From Negaprion brevirostris (lineage: Eukaryota): a stretch of DNA of 64,000 bases. The translations under genes were made by a program, and so were the position numbers. Location: assembly GCA_030324005.1 (NCBI GenBank), contig JARDVH010000157.1, positions 7,391,896-7,455,895 on the forward strand, read 5' to 3'. The notes beneath the pieces were generated by a model, which was not told the origin of the DNA, made no database searches, and saw nothing but the letters and a program-made list of their open reading frames with translations. Shown in pieces: positions 41,617 to 53,611 of this stretch; positions within the stretch are counted from its first letter, which is position 1, and each line of letters begins with the position of its first letter.

Positions 41617-42354
41617 GGGGGTGATTCATCCAAAAGTGCTGAATTAGGTGGAAAACTGGTCTAGATCATGACTGTTTCTTCAGTGCAACTTCAGACCTGA
41701 ATCTCCGCATTCTGTACAATGGAGAGATCCCAATTGTGAATCTCATGAAAAACTTTGTGTGTGTGGGGGGGGGGCCGGGGCTGGGGCCTATATGCACCAG
41801 AGTCTCACAGCTCTGGAATTCTGCGCATACGCAGTGGTCCCGATCTGTCAGTCTCCCCGTTTACTGGCCAATTCAATCTCTGGCCATCCTGCTGCCCCCC
41901 TATCCCCCCCATGGCCCGATCACAACCCACTCAACATCTCCCGTCCTCACTTTCTCCCCCCTCACTCTCCCCACATTCCCTCCCTTCAGACTCTCATCAC
42001 TTTNNNNNNNNNNNNNNNNNNNNNNNNNNNNNNNNNNNNNNNNNNNNNNNNNNNNNNNNNNNNNNNNNNNNNNNNNNNNNNNNNNNNNNNGGTGGGAGAT
42101 GCTATCGGGCCCAAGTTCCATGCCAGGCCTGATAATCACATGTAGATAACACTTAAAATGCATTAAAAGCAGATTTAAATCACTTGCCTGTCTTCCCAAC
42201 AGTTTTCAGCGTGATCCTGACTGCGACTGTTCCCTGGCTCTGGGAGATGCGCGTGTGTTGAGAATGCGTGTCCAAATCCTGCAAAATGGCTGACACAGGA
42301 TTCTCCAGACCAGATCTGCCAGAAAATTTGCAGGTCGCAATGAGGGAATTCTCC
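41617..42354. mobile_element. GC-rich probable non-autonomous DNA transposon inserted in a minus-strand LINE
   Basis: Termini gggggtgattc and gaattctccc. LINE sequence at 41420-41615 resumes at about 42400. Confidence 0.4.
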
Positions 42355-42399
42355 CTCCTCCTCCTCCTCCTCCTCCTCCCATAGTTACAACCCAAGATT

Positions 42400-43600
42400 G
42401 TGTTTTGCTTATAGAGGATCTTGCAGGTTCGGTATTCCCATGTGTGAGTCTGTTGTCCTTGCCCTAGGTAGTAAGGCCACAGGTTTGGAAAGTGCTGTCA
42501 AATGAGCTTTGATGAGTTGCTGCAGTGCATCTTGCTGATGTTACTGACCACTGGCACGTGCATCGGCAGTGGAGAGAGTGGATGTTGGAGGTGGTGGAAT
42601 GTGGCACCAATCAAGTGGGCTGCTTTGTCCTGAATAGTGTCGAGCTTCTCGAGTGCTGTTAGAGCTGCACATATCCAGGCAGTAGGAAGGAATTCCATCA
42701 TGGTCCTCCCTTGTGCCTTATTGATGCCAAACCGATTTTTGGGAGTCAGGAGGTGAGTTATTCACTGCAGAATTGCCAGCCCCTGACCTCCTTCTGTAGC
42801 CAGAATGTTCATTTGGCTGATCCTGTCCAGTTTCTGGTCAATGATAACCCACAGGATGCTGATAGTGGGGCATTCAGTGATGGTAATGCCATTGAACAGC
42901 AAGTGGAAATATTGCTTGAGACATGTGGTAGAAATGTAAGTTGCCACCTATGTGACCTTGCCGCATTTGGACATGGACTGCTTCTGTATCTGAGGGGTTG
43001 TGAATGGTGCTGAATATTGCACAGGTATCAATGAAAAGCATTCTCATTTCTGACCTAATGATGGAAGGAGGTCGTTGATGAAGGTGCTGAAGATAGTTAG
43101 GCTTCGGACACTAATCTGAAGATCTCCTACTGCAGTGCTGTGTGATTGAGATGACTGACCTCCAACAACCACAGACGTCTTCCTTTGTGCTGGATATGAT
43201 TCCAAACAGTGAAGTATTTTCCCCTGGTTTACAATGATTTCAATTCTACTAGGACTTCTTGATGTCACTTGGTCAAATGCTGACTTGATGTAAAGGGCTG
43301 TCACACTCACTCGCCTCAGATCTTGAATTCAATTCTTTTGTCCACATTTGGACAAGGCTGTAATAAGGTCAGGAGCGGGGTGGGCCAGGCAGAATCCAAA
43401 CTGAACATTGTGAGCAGATTATTGTTGAGTGAATGTTGCTTAATAGCACTGACAATATCACTGCCCATCCCTTTTCTGATGATCAGTCTAGACTGAAGGG
43501 ACGGTAATTGTCCAAGTTCAGTCTGTCCTTTTGTAGACTGGGCAATGATGCCGGTGTTGTTGCTGCACTGAAATGGCTTGGCTAAGGGGCAGTTAGTTCT
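42400..43600 (-). mobile_element. CR1/L2-group LINE RT fragment
   Basis: Minus ORFs SAIKQHSLNNNLLT, ALYIKSAFDQV, FINDLL, LEKLDTIQDKAAHLIG. Confidence 0.85.
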
Positions 43601-45130
43601 GGGGCACGAGCTCAGTGGTGGTATTCTTGTTTCAGAGTCTGAGCATTGTGGATTCAAATCCCTTGCCAGGATTTGAGGGAGCAATATGGGTTGGCATAAA
43701 TACTGAGAGAGTGCAGTAGTTCCATGGATGCTCCTGGATAAAATATTAAATCATAGTGAACATGAGATATCCCATGGCACTCCTTGGGAAGTTTTCCAGT
43801 TGTCCTTGCCAAGACTCCTCTGTCAACTAATGACAGGTTATCCATCTCATTCCTGTTCATGAGACTGTGCTCAGCAGAAGATTCTCACCATGTTTTCCCA
43901 CCTGACAGTTGTGAATGTTTTGCAAAAAATAACAATCGTGTCCATTCTTTCTAATTGAGATGGGGTCGATTCCACAGCTTAAATGTTTGCCTACTGGAGT
44001 CAATAGCAATGCATGCACAAAATTACGCATTTATATAGCACTTTCCACGTCCGTCTGGATATGTCAGTGCTTTTACAGCTAATGAATCTTTTATACCCAC
44101 CCAAGCAGGCAGATGGGGCTTCAGTTTATGGTCTCACCTGAGAGACAGCACCACCTACAGTGTAGCACACCCTTGCTACTGCACTGGGACGTCAGCATTG
44201 CTTTCTATGCTGAAGCCCTGGAGCGGAATTTGAACCTGGAATCTTGTGATTCAGATGCAAGTGTGCTACCCTCTGAGTCATAGCTTATTTGTACAGCTGA
44301 TTATATTGTAATAAAATAATAGAATAGGTAAAATGGTCAATCTGAGAAGTGCAGAATGCAGCGTGATATTGACATTCTATTTACATAAGTGTATATCACA
44401 CTAATTATGCATAATGGAACATTAGAATTTTATCCCTCTGTGATTATTGAAACAACTCTTCCAGAAGGAATAGTGTGATTTATAATTTGTTGAACCGAAT
44501 GTGGCAGATTTACTGTTCCACTCTCTGGTTTGTACTTTAATTGTAGCTTTTTCTGTGCCTTCTTATTCTGCTTAGAGTAACAAGTTTCAGATTTATATTA
44601 TTTTGTACATTTGGATAATTTATTTTCTCGAATTGCTGTTTCTTTCTTGGTTTACAAGTGTAAATGTTTGTTATGTTTGCAGTTGTTGAGTTTATTGTTT
44701 GCACTTAAATGCAAATTGGAGAAACTGTTAATTCATCTTTGCATATTGGAGGCACTTCTGCTGCTGGTGTGATTCACGAACAAACCATCTGTTTATTTTT
44801 CTAAAATTAGCACTGGTTGCTAGATTAATAATCAGCTTGCATGTACTTAGCCTGTAAGGTTGGAGCTTGACACTTGGATGCGCTCTTTCTCTGTGGTGAG
44901 GGCATACTCTCACTACTTCTGTGGCTAAATGGTGGGTGAGTCAGTATTCCTTCATCAGTTATCTAATGGCACAAATACAAACCCATTATTCAGGAGGAGG
45001 TCATTCTGATGGACTGGCAATCTATTTTGTTTCAAATACGAAAAGATACATCTCTAATCCAGCACACTGGGATCAGTGTCCCTCTGGTGATTTTTCTGTA
45101 GCTGACGGCAAGATCACTACCAAGTTATTT

Positions 45131-45290
45131 TGATTTGATTTATTATTGTCACATGTACTAACATACAGTGAGAAGTATTGTTTCTTGTGCGCTATACAGA
45201 CAAAGCATTCCATTTAAAGAGAAGGAAAGGAGAGAGTGCAGAATGTAGTGTTACAGTCATAGCAAGGGTGTAGAGAAAGATCAACTTAAT
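45131..45290 (-). mobile_element. Rex1/Babar 3' UTR fragment
   Basis: Same sequence family as 11641-11800, with a tgatttgattt tail. Confidence 0.8.
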
Positions 45291-46479
45291 TGTTAGAGAG
45301 TTTAAAAGAGTTAAAGTTTTAGAGTCGTAGAATGAGAGTTAAAGATAGAATTAGAGGGTATGGTGGACACAGCTTATAAGAAGTCACCACGCTCCAGCGT
45401 CGTGTTAGCTCTAAGAGGAAATGGAAGTGGGCTGGTGCTCGTTGGAGATCAAGTAATGAGTTGGCAGTAAATGGCTGACTGGCTGTGGTTTGGCTGGCTA
45501 CTGTTGATGGCTGTTTGCTGGTTATGATGGTTACTAGTGGCTTGAGATTAAAATGAGGCACCATGTAATCCACTGAATCATCTTGTTGTAAATTTCTCCT
45601 GCGCTCTTTGGTTGTCACAATGTACAATTGAATCACTTAAAAAAAAATTAAGTTTTAGCAAAACATTTCTAAAGGATAGTTCTTTTGATATTCCATTGAC
45701 AATGAGGTTTTTTTAATATTCATCTATGTAATGTGGGCATAGCTAGCAAGGCTGGAATTTCATAGCCACCTTGTTCATTGTGGTGGAGGTATTCTCACAG
45801 TGCTGTTAGTTGGGCAGTTTTAGGGTTTTGACCTGGCAACAATGGAAGTGATGCACAACTAAGTTGAGTTGGTGTATGATTGTAATAGAACTTGGAGTAA
45901 TGGCATTCCCATGCACCTGCTACCCATCATCTTGTGGATGCTGCCGATTTCGGCAGCGCTGCAGAAGAAGCCTTGACAAGCTGGTGTAGTGAATCTTGTT
46001 GATGATACCCGTTGCAGCCACTTTTCACCAATATTAGAGAGGATGGATGTATAAGCCAGTGAACTGGATGTAAATCAATTGGACTGCTTTGAGTTGGATA
46101 CTGGTGTGTTTTTTGATTGTTGTTAGAGCTATGGGAAAAAGGCAGGGGAGTAGCAGTAGGTGCATTACTTTTGGAGAGAGCTGCTCCAGATTGGGTGGAG
46201 CATGTGGCTTTCTATTCCGCAGTAACAGTTCTATGATTATAGATACTTAGCAGTAAAGTATCTGCATCATTCTGGGCAGAAAATTCTAAAGATTCATAAC
46301 ACTTCAATTGACAAAATTCTCATCGCTTCTAAGTGGCCAACCCCTTATCATGAGACTGTGCTGTCATGTTCCAGATTCTCCCATGCCAGGGAAAACAACC
46401 ACTCGGTGTCTACCACTTCCCTCAGAATTTTTAATATTGAACTGAGATCACCTCTCAGTCTTCTGAACTTCAGAGAAGA

Positions 46480-46715
46480 TCAACAGTGCAGAGGGAGGCC
46501 ATTCGGCACACCGAGTCTGCACCAACTCTCTGGAAGAGCATCCCGCCCCCAGCCCTATTCCTGTTACCTCGCACATTTACCATGGCAAATCCACCTCCTG
46601 CATATCTTTGGACTGTGAGAGGAAATCGGAGCACCTGGAGGAAACCCACGCAGGCACAGGGAGAATGTGCAAACTCCATACAGACAGTAGCTAAGGCCAG
46701 AATCGAACCCAGGTC
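46480..46715 (-). mobile_element. V-SINE
   Basis: Reverse V-domain ggagcacctggaggaaacccacgcaggcacagggagaatgtgcaaactcc. Confidence 0.85.
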
Positions 46716-47653
46716 CAGAAGTAAAGCTCATATCCAAGTCCATTCAGTGCTGTTGCTCGCAATACCATGTAACCCTTTATCTATATACTTGTTATGAAAA
46801 GGTTTAGAGTTTCTTTTGTACCAGAAACTGTTTCTGCCCTTTCTTCATTCACACCTGGGTTCTTGAACCGTATCAGATTCAAATTAATAGTTAGTCAGCA
46901 TAATTCTAACTTTCAACTGAGCCAGCAATCTTCCGTTTTCATTTGTTGAGCATCCCTCCTGAACAATGTGGATGCCACTGGTTTACAGAAAATAAGTTGC
47001 ATTTCTCAATAAAATTCCATTTAAGGTTTTGTCAACCTTGCTACGGTTTAATTTGGTTGGATCCAAGTCAAATGTTTATCCTTTGATATACTGGAGGGAA
47101 CTTTGAGCAAGTAAATTAATTTATGTTCCTTTAGGGAAAGTGCAGGCATGTCACCCGAGTTCAGACATTATGTGACACGGGGGCCATACAATTTGACATT
47201 AATTATCCATGAATTTTGTACAAATCATAGGTTTGTCAATTCATTAGTGTAATGAGGAACTGAACAGAATGGAACGAAACAGGGTATCATGAACATTATT
47301 TGAAACTGTGGTCAATAAGCACGATTTCGTCCAGTTTCTTTGTAGTTTCTGTAGGAAGATGGCCAAGAAAATTCTCTTAGAACACATCAAATTTTTGATG
47401 TATGGATTACATGGGAAATTCTGGCGGCTGCATTTTCACAGAGTCCTTGTTCAAGGACGCATGGAAAATTTGACTGAACAAAACATGGGAGAATGAATTC
47501 CTCTGTGTATATTGAGATATCAGAAGTTAGTGAATCTGTTCGTTTTGTTACAATTATATAGAGACTAATCATTTTTAGAAAGAGATACGGATTTTCCAGT
47601 AACCCATTTCACCAATTAACCATTTTAAGCAAAATTTCACATTTTTAGCAGTT

Positions 47654-47727
47654 GCCTGGCTAGCTATCGGTAGCGAGTGACACTCTTAATCCCAGGGTCG
47701 AAGGTTCGAGCCCCACGTTGGGCACCA
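47654..47727 (+). pseudogene. tRNA-Lys(CTT) retrocopy/pseudogene with 3' CCA
   Basis: gcctggctagct-atcggtagcgagtgacactCTTaatcccagggtcgaaggttcgagccccacgttgggca-CCA aligns with vertebrate tRNA-Lys-CTT (GCCCGGCTAGCTCAGTCGGTAGAGCATGAGACTCTTAATCTCAGGGTCGTGGGTTCGAGCCCCACGTTGGGCG). D arm and anticodon stem are damaged. Anticodon at 47685-47687. Confidence 0.88.
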
Positions 47728-47876
47728 TTAATTTTGGCCATGCTGAATTGACTCTACTGTCAGGGGGATTAGCATGGTAAATATGTGGGAATAGGGCCTG
47801 GGTGAGATTGTGGTCGGTGCAGACTCAATGGGCCAAATGGCGGCCGCCTCCTCTGTAGGGATTTTATGATTCTATA
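47728..47876 (+). mobile_element. V-SINE 3' half fused directly to the tRNA-Lys copy
   Basis: ttggccatgctgaattgac...gtcagggggattagc...tagggcctgggtg...gggccaaatggc...ctgtagggattttatgattctat; same as 14857-14993. Confidence 0.88.
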
Positions 47877-49126
47877 AAGACTTTTACTATAACAAACCAA
47901 CTAAAATCACCTTTGATAAATATTACATAGTAGTCAACTAGCACACTTAACTGCAGTAAATGGAGCCCTTTAACAACTGAAAAGCCCCAAATTGTGTTTA
48001 TACATTAAAGCACGCCATTTTCGGTAGATATGTAGCCTTGTGTTCCATGCCCCAGGAATTCAACAGGCTCTCATTCCAGTTAAAATGGGGAGAAGAATCT
48101 TCCAATATCTTTTTTAAGCAAAGTGTCTGCTTCACTCAATCCTCTGAGCATACTTGAATGAGATGAATCTTTGGTCTTCAACACTCCATAACCGGTTTCA
48201 TTCTTTCGGGTAGGGGTTCCATCTCTAACAATACGCTGCTTGGTGATTAACCCGAAAGCAGTTCTTGTGCCAGGCATATCAGCAACTGCTTTTGGTTTGG
48301 TTGTGAGCCTGTAAGTCTATTTATTTATTCATTGCCACAAATAGGCTTACATTTACATGCAGTGAAGTTACTGTGAATCTAACAGATCTCTACTTCCTTT
48401 TATCTCAGTTTTCAGGTATGTTGAGCAAAGATGCATTCCAGTATGAGAGCGAGAGAGAGAACGAGCGAGATTCTAGGTGACAAATGTACTATCTGTAGCT
48501 ACATAAAGAAGTTAAAGCAAGTATCAAATTAAAAGAAAAGGTGTACAATTCCATGAAGATTGGTGGTAGGTCAGAATATTGGAGGAATTTAAGACTAGTA
48601 AAGAAAAACTAAAAAATTAACAAGTAAAAAGAAATTGGAGTATGAGTGAAAACTGGTTATAATATAAAAGTAGATGACAGTTTCTACAAGTATTTTAAAA
48701 GGAAAAAGAATAACTCATGAGAGCCAATCATTTTTAGGAAGAGATATGAATTTTCCAGTAACCCATGCAAAGAATCACAAGACAAGATTTCATACTTTAA
48801 GATTTTACCATAACAAACTGATTAAAATCACATTTGACTAAGCAATGGTCCTCCAGAGAGAGAGAGTGAGTCTGGGGAATTAATAATGGGAAATAAGGCA
48901 ATGATGGCAGGGAAGGGAAGATGCCAGAATTCATTATAATATACTAAGAAATCTTAATGTGATTAGGCAGTCAAGATAATACTTGCAAAAGGAAATTATG
49001 TTTGTCTAATTTATTGGCATTCTTTGACGAAGTAAGAAGTAACGTGGATAAAGGGTAACTGGTGGATGTTAGTGTACTTGGATTTCCAAAAGTCATTTGA
49101 TAAGGTGCTGCAGCAAAAGTTACCAT

Positions 49127-50062
49127 TGGCACGGGACTACACCCTTTTTATTTGAGAAAATGACTTTTCAACTTTCAGTTTGATTGGAAATTGTGGAATT
49201 TGAACTGAGTTGGAGCAAACTGCTTAAAAAATACAAAGCCAGATTCAGGGGTAAGGATAAGAAATAAACAAGTCATCATCAGGAGAGCGTGAAGAGAGAG
49301 ACATTTCCTATAATCCAGACACCCATTGAAACTCATAACTGTCTAAGGAAGAGACATTAAAAAGCAAAGCATTGGATATCAAAACAATATTTGCCACAAA
49401 CAGACCCACCAAAACCTTTTGGAAATACACAATGGGCAAGTTTGCTAAGTTGTTTGAGAGAGATTGCAAATGACACAGGTGGTGTCAAGTAAGTTTTCAG
49501 CAGAGGAAACGGGCTGAACCTACTCTCGCTCTCTGCAGAAGCATACCAGCAATCCTAATTGCAAAATCACCTACATCTGACTGAATCCAAGAAACTAACT
49601 AGCCTATATCAGCCACAGCATTTAAAATCTCTGTCTCACCCCTTATTTCTGATACGTGTTCCTGTGTGTGTGTGTGCCTGAATGACTGCATGAGGGCCAA
49701 ATGTTCAAATGAACTTTGACAGAGGGACTCGAAATGTCAGTTCTTTTCTCTGCTTTACAGATGCTGCCAGACTGCTGAGATTTTCCAGCATTGTCTCGTT
49801 TGGTGTCCAATTCGAGCATCCATAGTAATTTGCTTTTAGCCAGATGTTCAATGTTGCACATTTATTCTTCTTGGGTTTGGGCGTTAATAAATTTGCTCCT
49901 TCTTTGATTCAAGCAAGCCTTGTTTAATTGGCTTACAGCTTAACTAGTTCAATTAATTCTGTTTTGAAAAAGGTTCTCCTTATGAAAAAAAAATATGCTG
50001 TGAACAACCGAAGAGGATGAATAGAGGGGATCCACTTCACTGCTTCTTACCTGGTTGCAACA
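49127..50062 (+). mobile_element. Probable solo LTR inserted in CR1
   Basis: Interrupts the CR1 RT between cagcaaaagttac and ttatgcaaaataaga. Starts tg, ends gcaaca, has an internal aataaa near 49887 and carries a nested Penelope-type repeat. Confidence 0.55.
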
Positions 50063-50479
50063 TTATGCAAAATAAGAACTCATGGTATAGGGAGTAACAT
50101 TTTATCATGGGAAGAGAAATGGTTGGTTAACAAGAAGAAGAGAGTAGGGATAATTGGGTCATATTTGGGATGGCAGACTAACTAGTGGCATGCCATGAGA
50201 GTCAGTGCTGTAGCTCCACTGTTTATCGTCTATATGATATATTCGGTCCCTTCATCCAAGTTATGGTTCGTGGCTGACACATAGGTAGGAAAGTAAATTG
50301 CATGGGGGACGTAGAGTTTACAAAGGCCATAGATAGACTAGGTGAGTGGACGAATGAATGGCAGATGTAATATATGCGAAAGTATGAGCTTATGCTCGTC
50401 CACGTTGGCTGGAAGAACAGTACGTTTCCAAAACGCAAAAAGATTGCAAAACTTGGTGGTATTGAGGGATCTTGATTTC

Positions 50480-51815
50480 CTTAAGAACTAAAAGGAGTAG
50501 GTCATTCAACCCTTTGAGCTTGCTCCTCCATTTTTTTTGATCGTGGCTGATCATTGAATTCAATATTCTGATCCCCTACTTCCTCCATATCCCTTGATCC
50601 CTTTAGCCACTAGAACTATATCTAATTTCTTCTTGAAATCAAATATTTTGTCCTCAACTACATTTGGTGATAGTGAATTCCACACATTTACCGCCCTCCT
50701 CACCTCAGTTCTAAAAGGTTTACCCCTTATCTGCAAACTATGACCCCTTCGTTCTGAACTCCCCAGCATTGGGAACATTCTTTCTGAATCTACCCTGTCT
50801 AACCCTGTTTAGAATTTTGTGAGTTTCTATGAGATCCCCTCTCACTCTTCTAAACACCAGTGAATATAATCCTAACCGACTTAACCTCTCCTCATATGAT
50901 GTACCTGCCATCCCAGGAATCAGCCTGGTAAACCCTTACTGTATTCCCTCTATAGCAAGGACATATTTCCTCAGATAAGGACACCAAAATGGCGCACAAT
51001 ACTCTAGGTATGGCCGCACCAATGCCCTATACAATTTAGCAAAACATCCCTATCCCTATCCCTATACTCGAATCCTCTCGCTATGAAGGCCAACATACTA
51101 TTGTCTTCATTACAGCCTACTATACCTGCGCTCTTATTTTCAGCAACTGATGCTTAAGGACACCAAGGTCTCGCTGAGTATCCAGCATTCTCAATTTATG
51201 CCCATTCAAGTAATAAGCTATCTTCCTATTATTGCTACCAAAGTGGATAACCTGACATTATCCATACTGCACTGCATCTGCCGTGCATATGCCCTTACAC
51301 TCAGCCTGTCCAAATCACACTGAAGCTTCTCTGCATCCTCCTCTCAGCTCACCCTCCCAACTTTGTATCATTTGCAAATTTGGGAGATAATGCATTCAGT
51401 TTCCTGTACCAAATCATTAATGTACAATGTGAACAGTTGGGGTCCTAGCATAGACCACTGCAGAACTCCACTACCAATCAAAAAAAGACCTTTTTATGGC
51501 TACTCTCTGCTTCCTGTCTGCTAACCAGCTTTCTATCCATCTCAAGACATTACATGCAATCCCATGTGCTTTAAGTTTACATGATAGCCTGTCATATGAG
51601 ACCTTTTCAAATGCCTTTTGAAAGTCTAAGTAAACCACATCCATTGGTTCTCCTTAGTCGACTCTACTCATTACATCTTTCAAGAATTCCAGTAGATTCA
51701 TCAAGCATGATTTCCCTTCTGTAAATCGAAGCTAACTTTGTCTGATTATACCACTGCTTTCTAAATGCTGAGGTATGAAATCCTTGATAATGGACTCAAG
51801 CCACTTCAATCACAA
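50480..51815 (-). mobile_element. CR1 LINE RT and 3' end, inserted in the opposite orientation
   Basis: Minus MFPMLGSSERRGHSLQIRGKPFRTEVRR; reverse tail aggagtaggtcattcaaccctttgagcttgctcc. Confidence 0.88.
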
Positions 51816-52728
51816 ATAGATGATATGCAGATACAGCAAGTGATAAGGAAGACAAATGGAATGTTTGCACATACTACAAGGGGTATTGTATATAAATGCA
51901 TGCAAATGTTGCTACACTTGTATAGGAACATTTGCCTTAAGAATAGGAGTAGGCCATTCGGCCCTTTCAATAAGGGCATGGGTGATTTCGTTGTGGTCTC
52001 AACTCTGCTTCCTTGAGCACTGTTGAGACCACAGCTGGAGTACAGTGCACAGTTTTGGTCTCCTTACTGGTGAAAGGATCTGACAGCATTAGAAGCAATT
52101 CAGAGAAAGTTTGCTTTACTCATCCCAGAGATGACGGAGTTAACTTATGAGGAAAAGTTTCTCAGCATGGGCCTATATCCATTGGCGTTTAGAAGAATGC
52201 AAGATGATCTTATTGAAACATTCAATATCCTGAGCAAACATAACAGGATGTTTCCTTTTGTGGGAGAGACTAGAAGTAGGAGGGTGGTTAAAAATACGGG
52301 TATTCCACTAAAGTCAGAAATGAGGAGAAATCATTTCTGAGGGTTACTGGTCAGTTTTCTTCCACAGAGAACAATGAAGGCTGTGTCACTGAATATTTTT
52401 AAGGCTGTGTTAAATTATTGATTGAGAAGGGAATCAAAGGGTACAGGGCCAGACAGGAAAATAGAGTTGAGACCACAATCAGATCAACCATGATTTTATC
52501 AAATGGGACATCAGGCCTGAGGGGCTGAATGGGCTCCTGATCCTGATTCATATCTTTGTATGTCACAAGGGGTAAAATCTATCCTCCTCGTCCCTCAAGC
52601 CTGTTACTCAATTGAATAATATCGTTACTAACCCGCAGTCAGACTCCACAAATACACCTTTGCCCCACATCCCTTCATATCTTTGTATGCCAACAATCTC
52701 TCAATCTCAGAAAAGTGGAAAAGTGGAG

Positions 52729-53215
52729 TGTGAGCTCTGTTTAAAATTCATTTGGGAAACGCGGACTGGATTTTGGACTGCACACTGCTAATGGAAAGCA
52801 TTACTCTGAACAAAGAATTCAAAGTGTGCTTTAGGACATTTAGAAACTTTCATGTGGCAATCATCTTGGGAGATTCTGAGGAGAAATCTACAGGCAGAGG
52901 TTCAGAGAGGAGTACGTGCATTTGACTACAATCATCTTGTGTGTTTAAAAGGGCCTTTATGTGTTAATGAGACCATTATAGTTTAAGATGTACTTTGTAA
53001 TCCTTGTTAATCTTAAAATCTCTGTGTAATTGTTAAATTAAGGGGAGGAAGAAGTATTATCCAATTATTCTGTGTTTAATGCATACTTCTTGTTAATTAG
53101 TGGTTCTGTGTCTCTCCTCCATGTTTTATTAGAAAAGTAAAAGTTATGGACTTTGAGCTAGGGTTCCATTCTCGAAACTTCCTGTTCAGTTATAACATCA
53201 ACTGGGATCGTAGCA
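52729..53215 (+). mobile_element. Probable solo LTR
   Basis: tgtgag...gggatcgtagca (TG...CA), flanked on both sides by pieces of a minus-strand CR1 tail. Confidence 0.45.
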
Positions 53216-53364
53216 GTTGTTAGATTGTGCCCCCCTAGTTCTGGATGTGTTAGCAAAACTGTTTTTTCCTCACCGAGCCTATCTTAGTGTTGTGAAAATT
53301 TTGAGTAAATTATCCCTTAACCGTCTAAAATTTCAGGGAATGCGCCCCTGGTTTGTTTTAGTTT

Positions 53365-53611
53365 AAAGTTTATTTAAATTTAAAATTTATTTATTAGTGT
53401 CCCAAGTAGGCTTAAGTTAACACTTCATTGAAGTTATTGTGAAAATCCCCTAGCCGCCACACTCGGGTGCCTGTTCAGATACGCTGAAGGAGAATTTAGC
53501 ATGGCCAGTGCACCTAACCAGCACGTCTTTCAGACTGTGGGAGGGAACTGGAGCACTCGGAGGAAACCTATGCAGACTCCACACATACAGCGACACTCAG
53601 GAATCGAACCT
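53365..53611 (-). mobile_element. V-SINE (alternative tail), truncated near the B box
   Basis: Reverse tail tttattagtgtcccaagtaggc and reverse V-domain. Confidence 0.85.

Larger units (their letters stand above)
48460..52562 (+). mobile_element. Long CR1 ORF2 remnant fragmented by at least four insertions
   Basis: Collinear motifs: KIKLKEK, GELIMGNK, DFQK.FDKV, then KIRTHGIG, G.P..SVL, LLRPQLEY.AQFWSP, RRMQDDLIETF, tail gaggggctgaatgggctcct. Confidence 0.85.

Noticed and set aside
47654-47727. Functional tRNA-Lys gene
   Set aside because: Deletion in the D arm, mispaired anticodon stem, encoded CCA and fusion to a SINE indicate a retrocopy.
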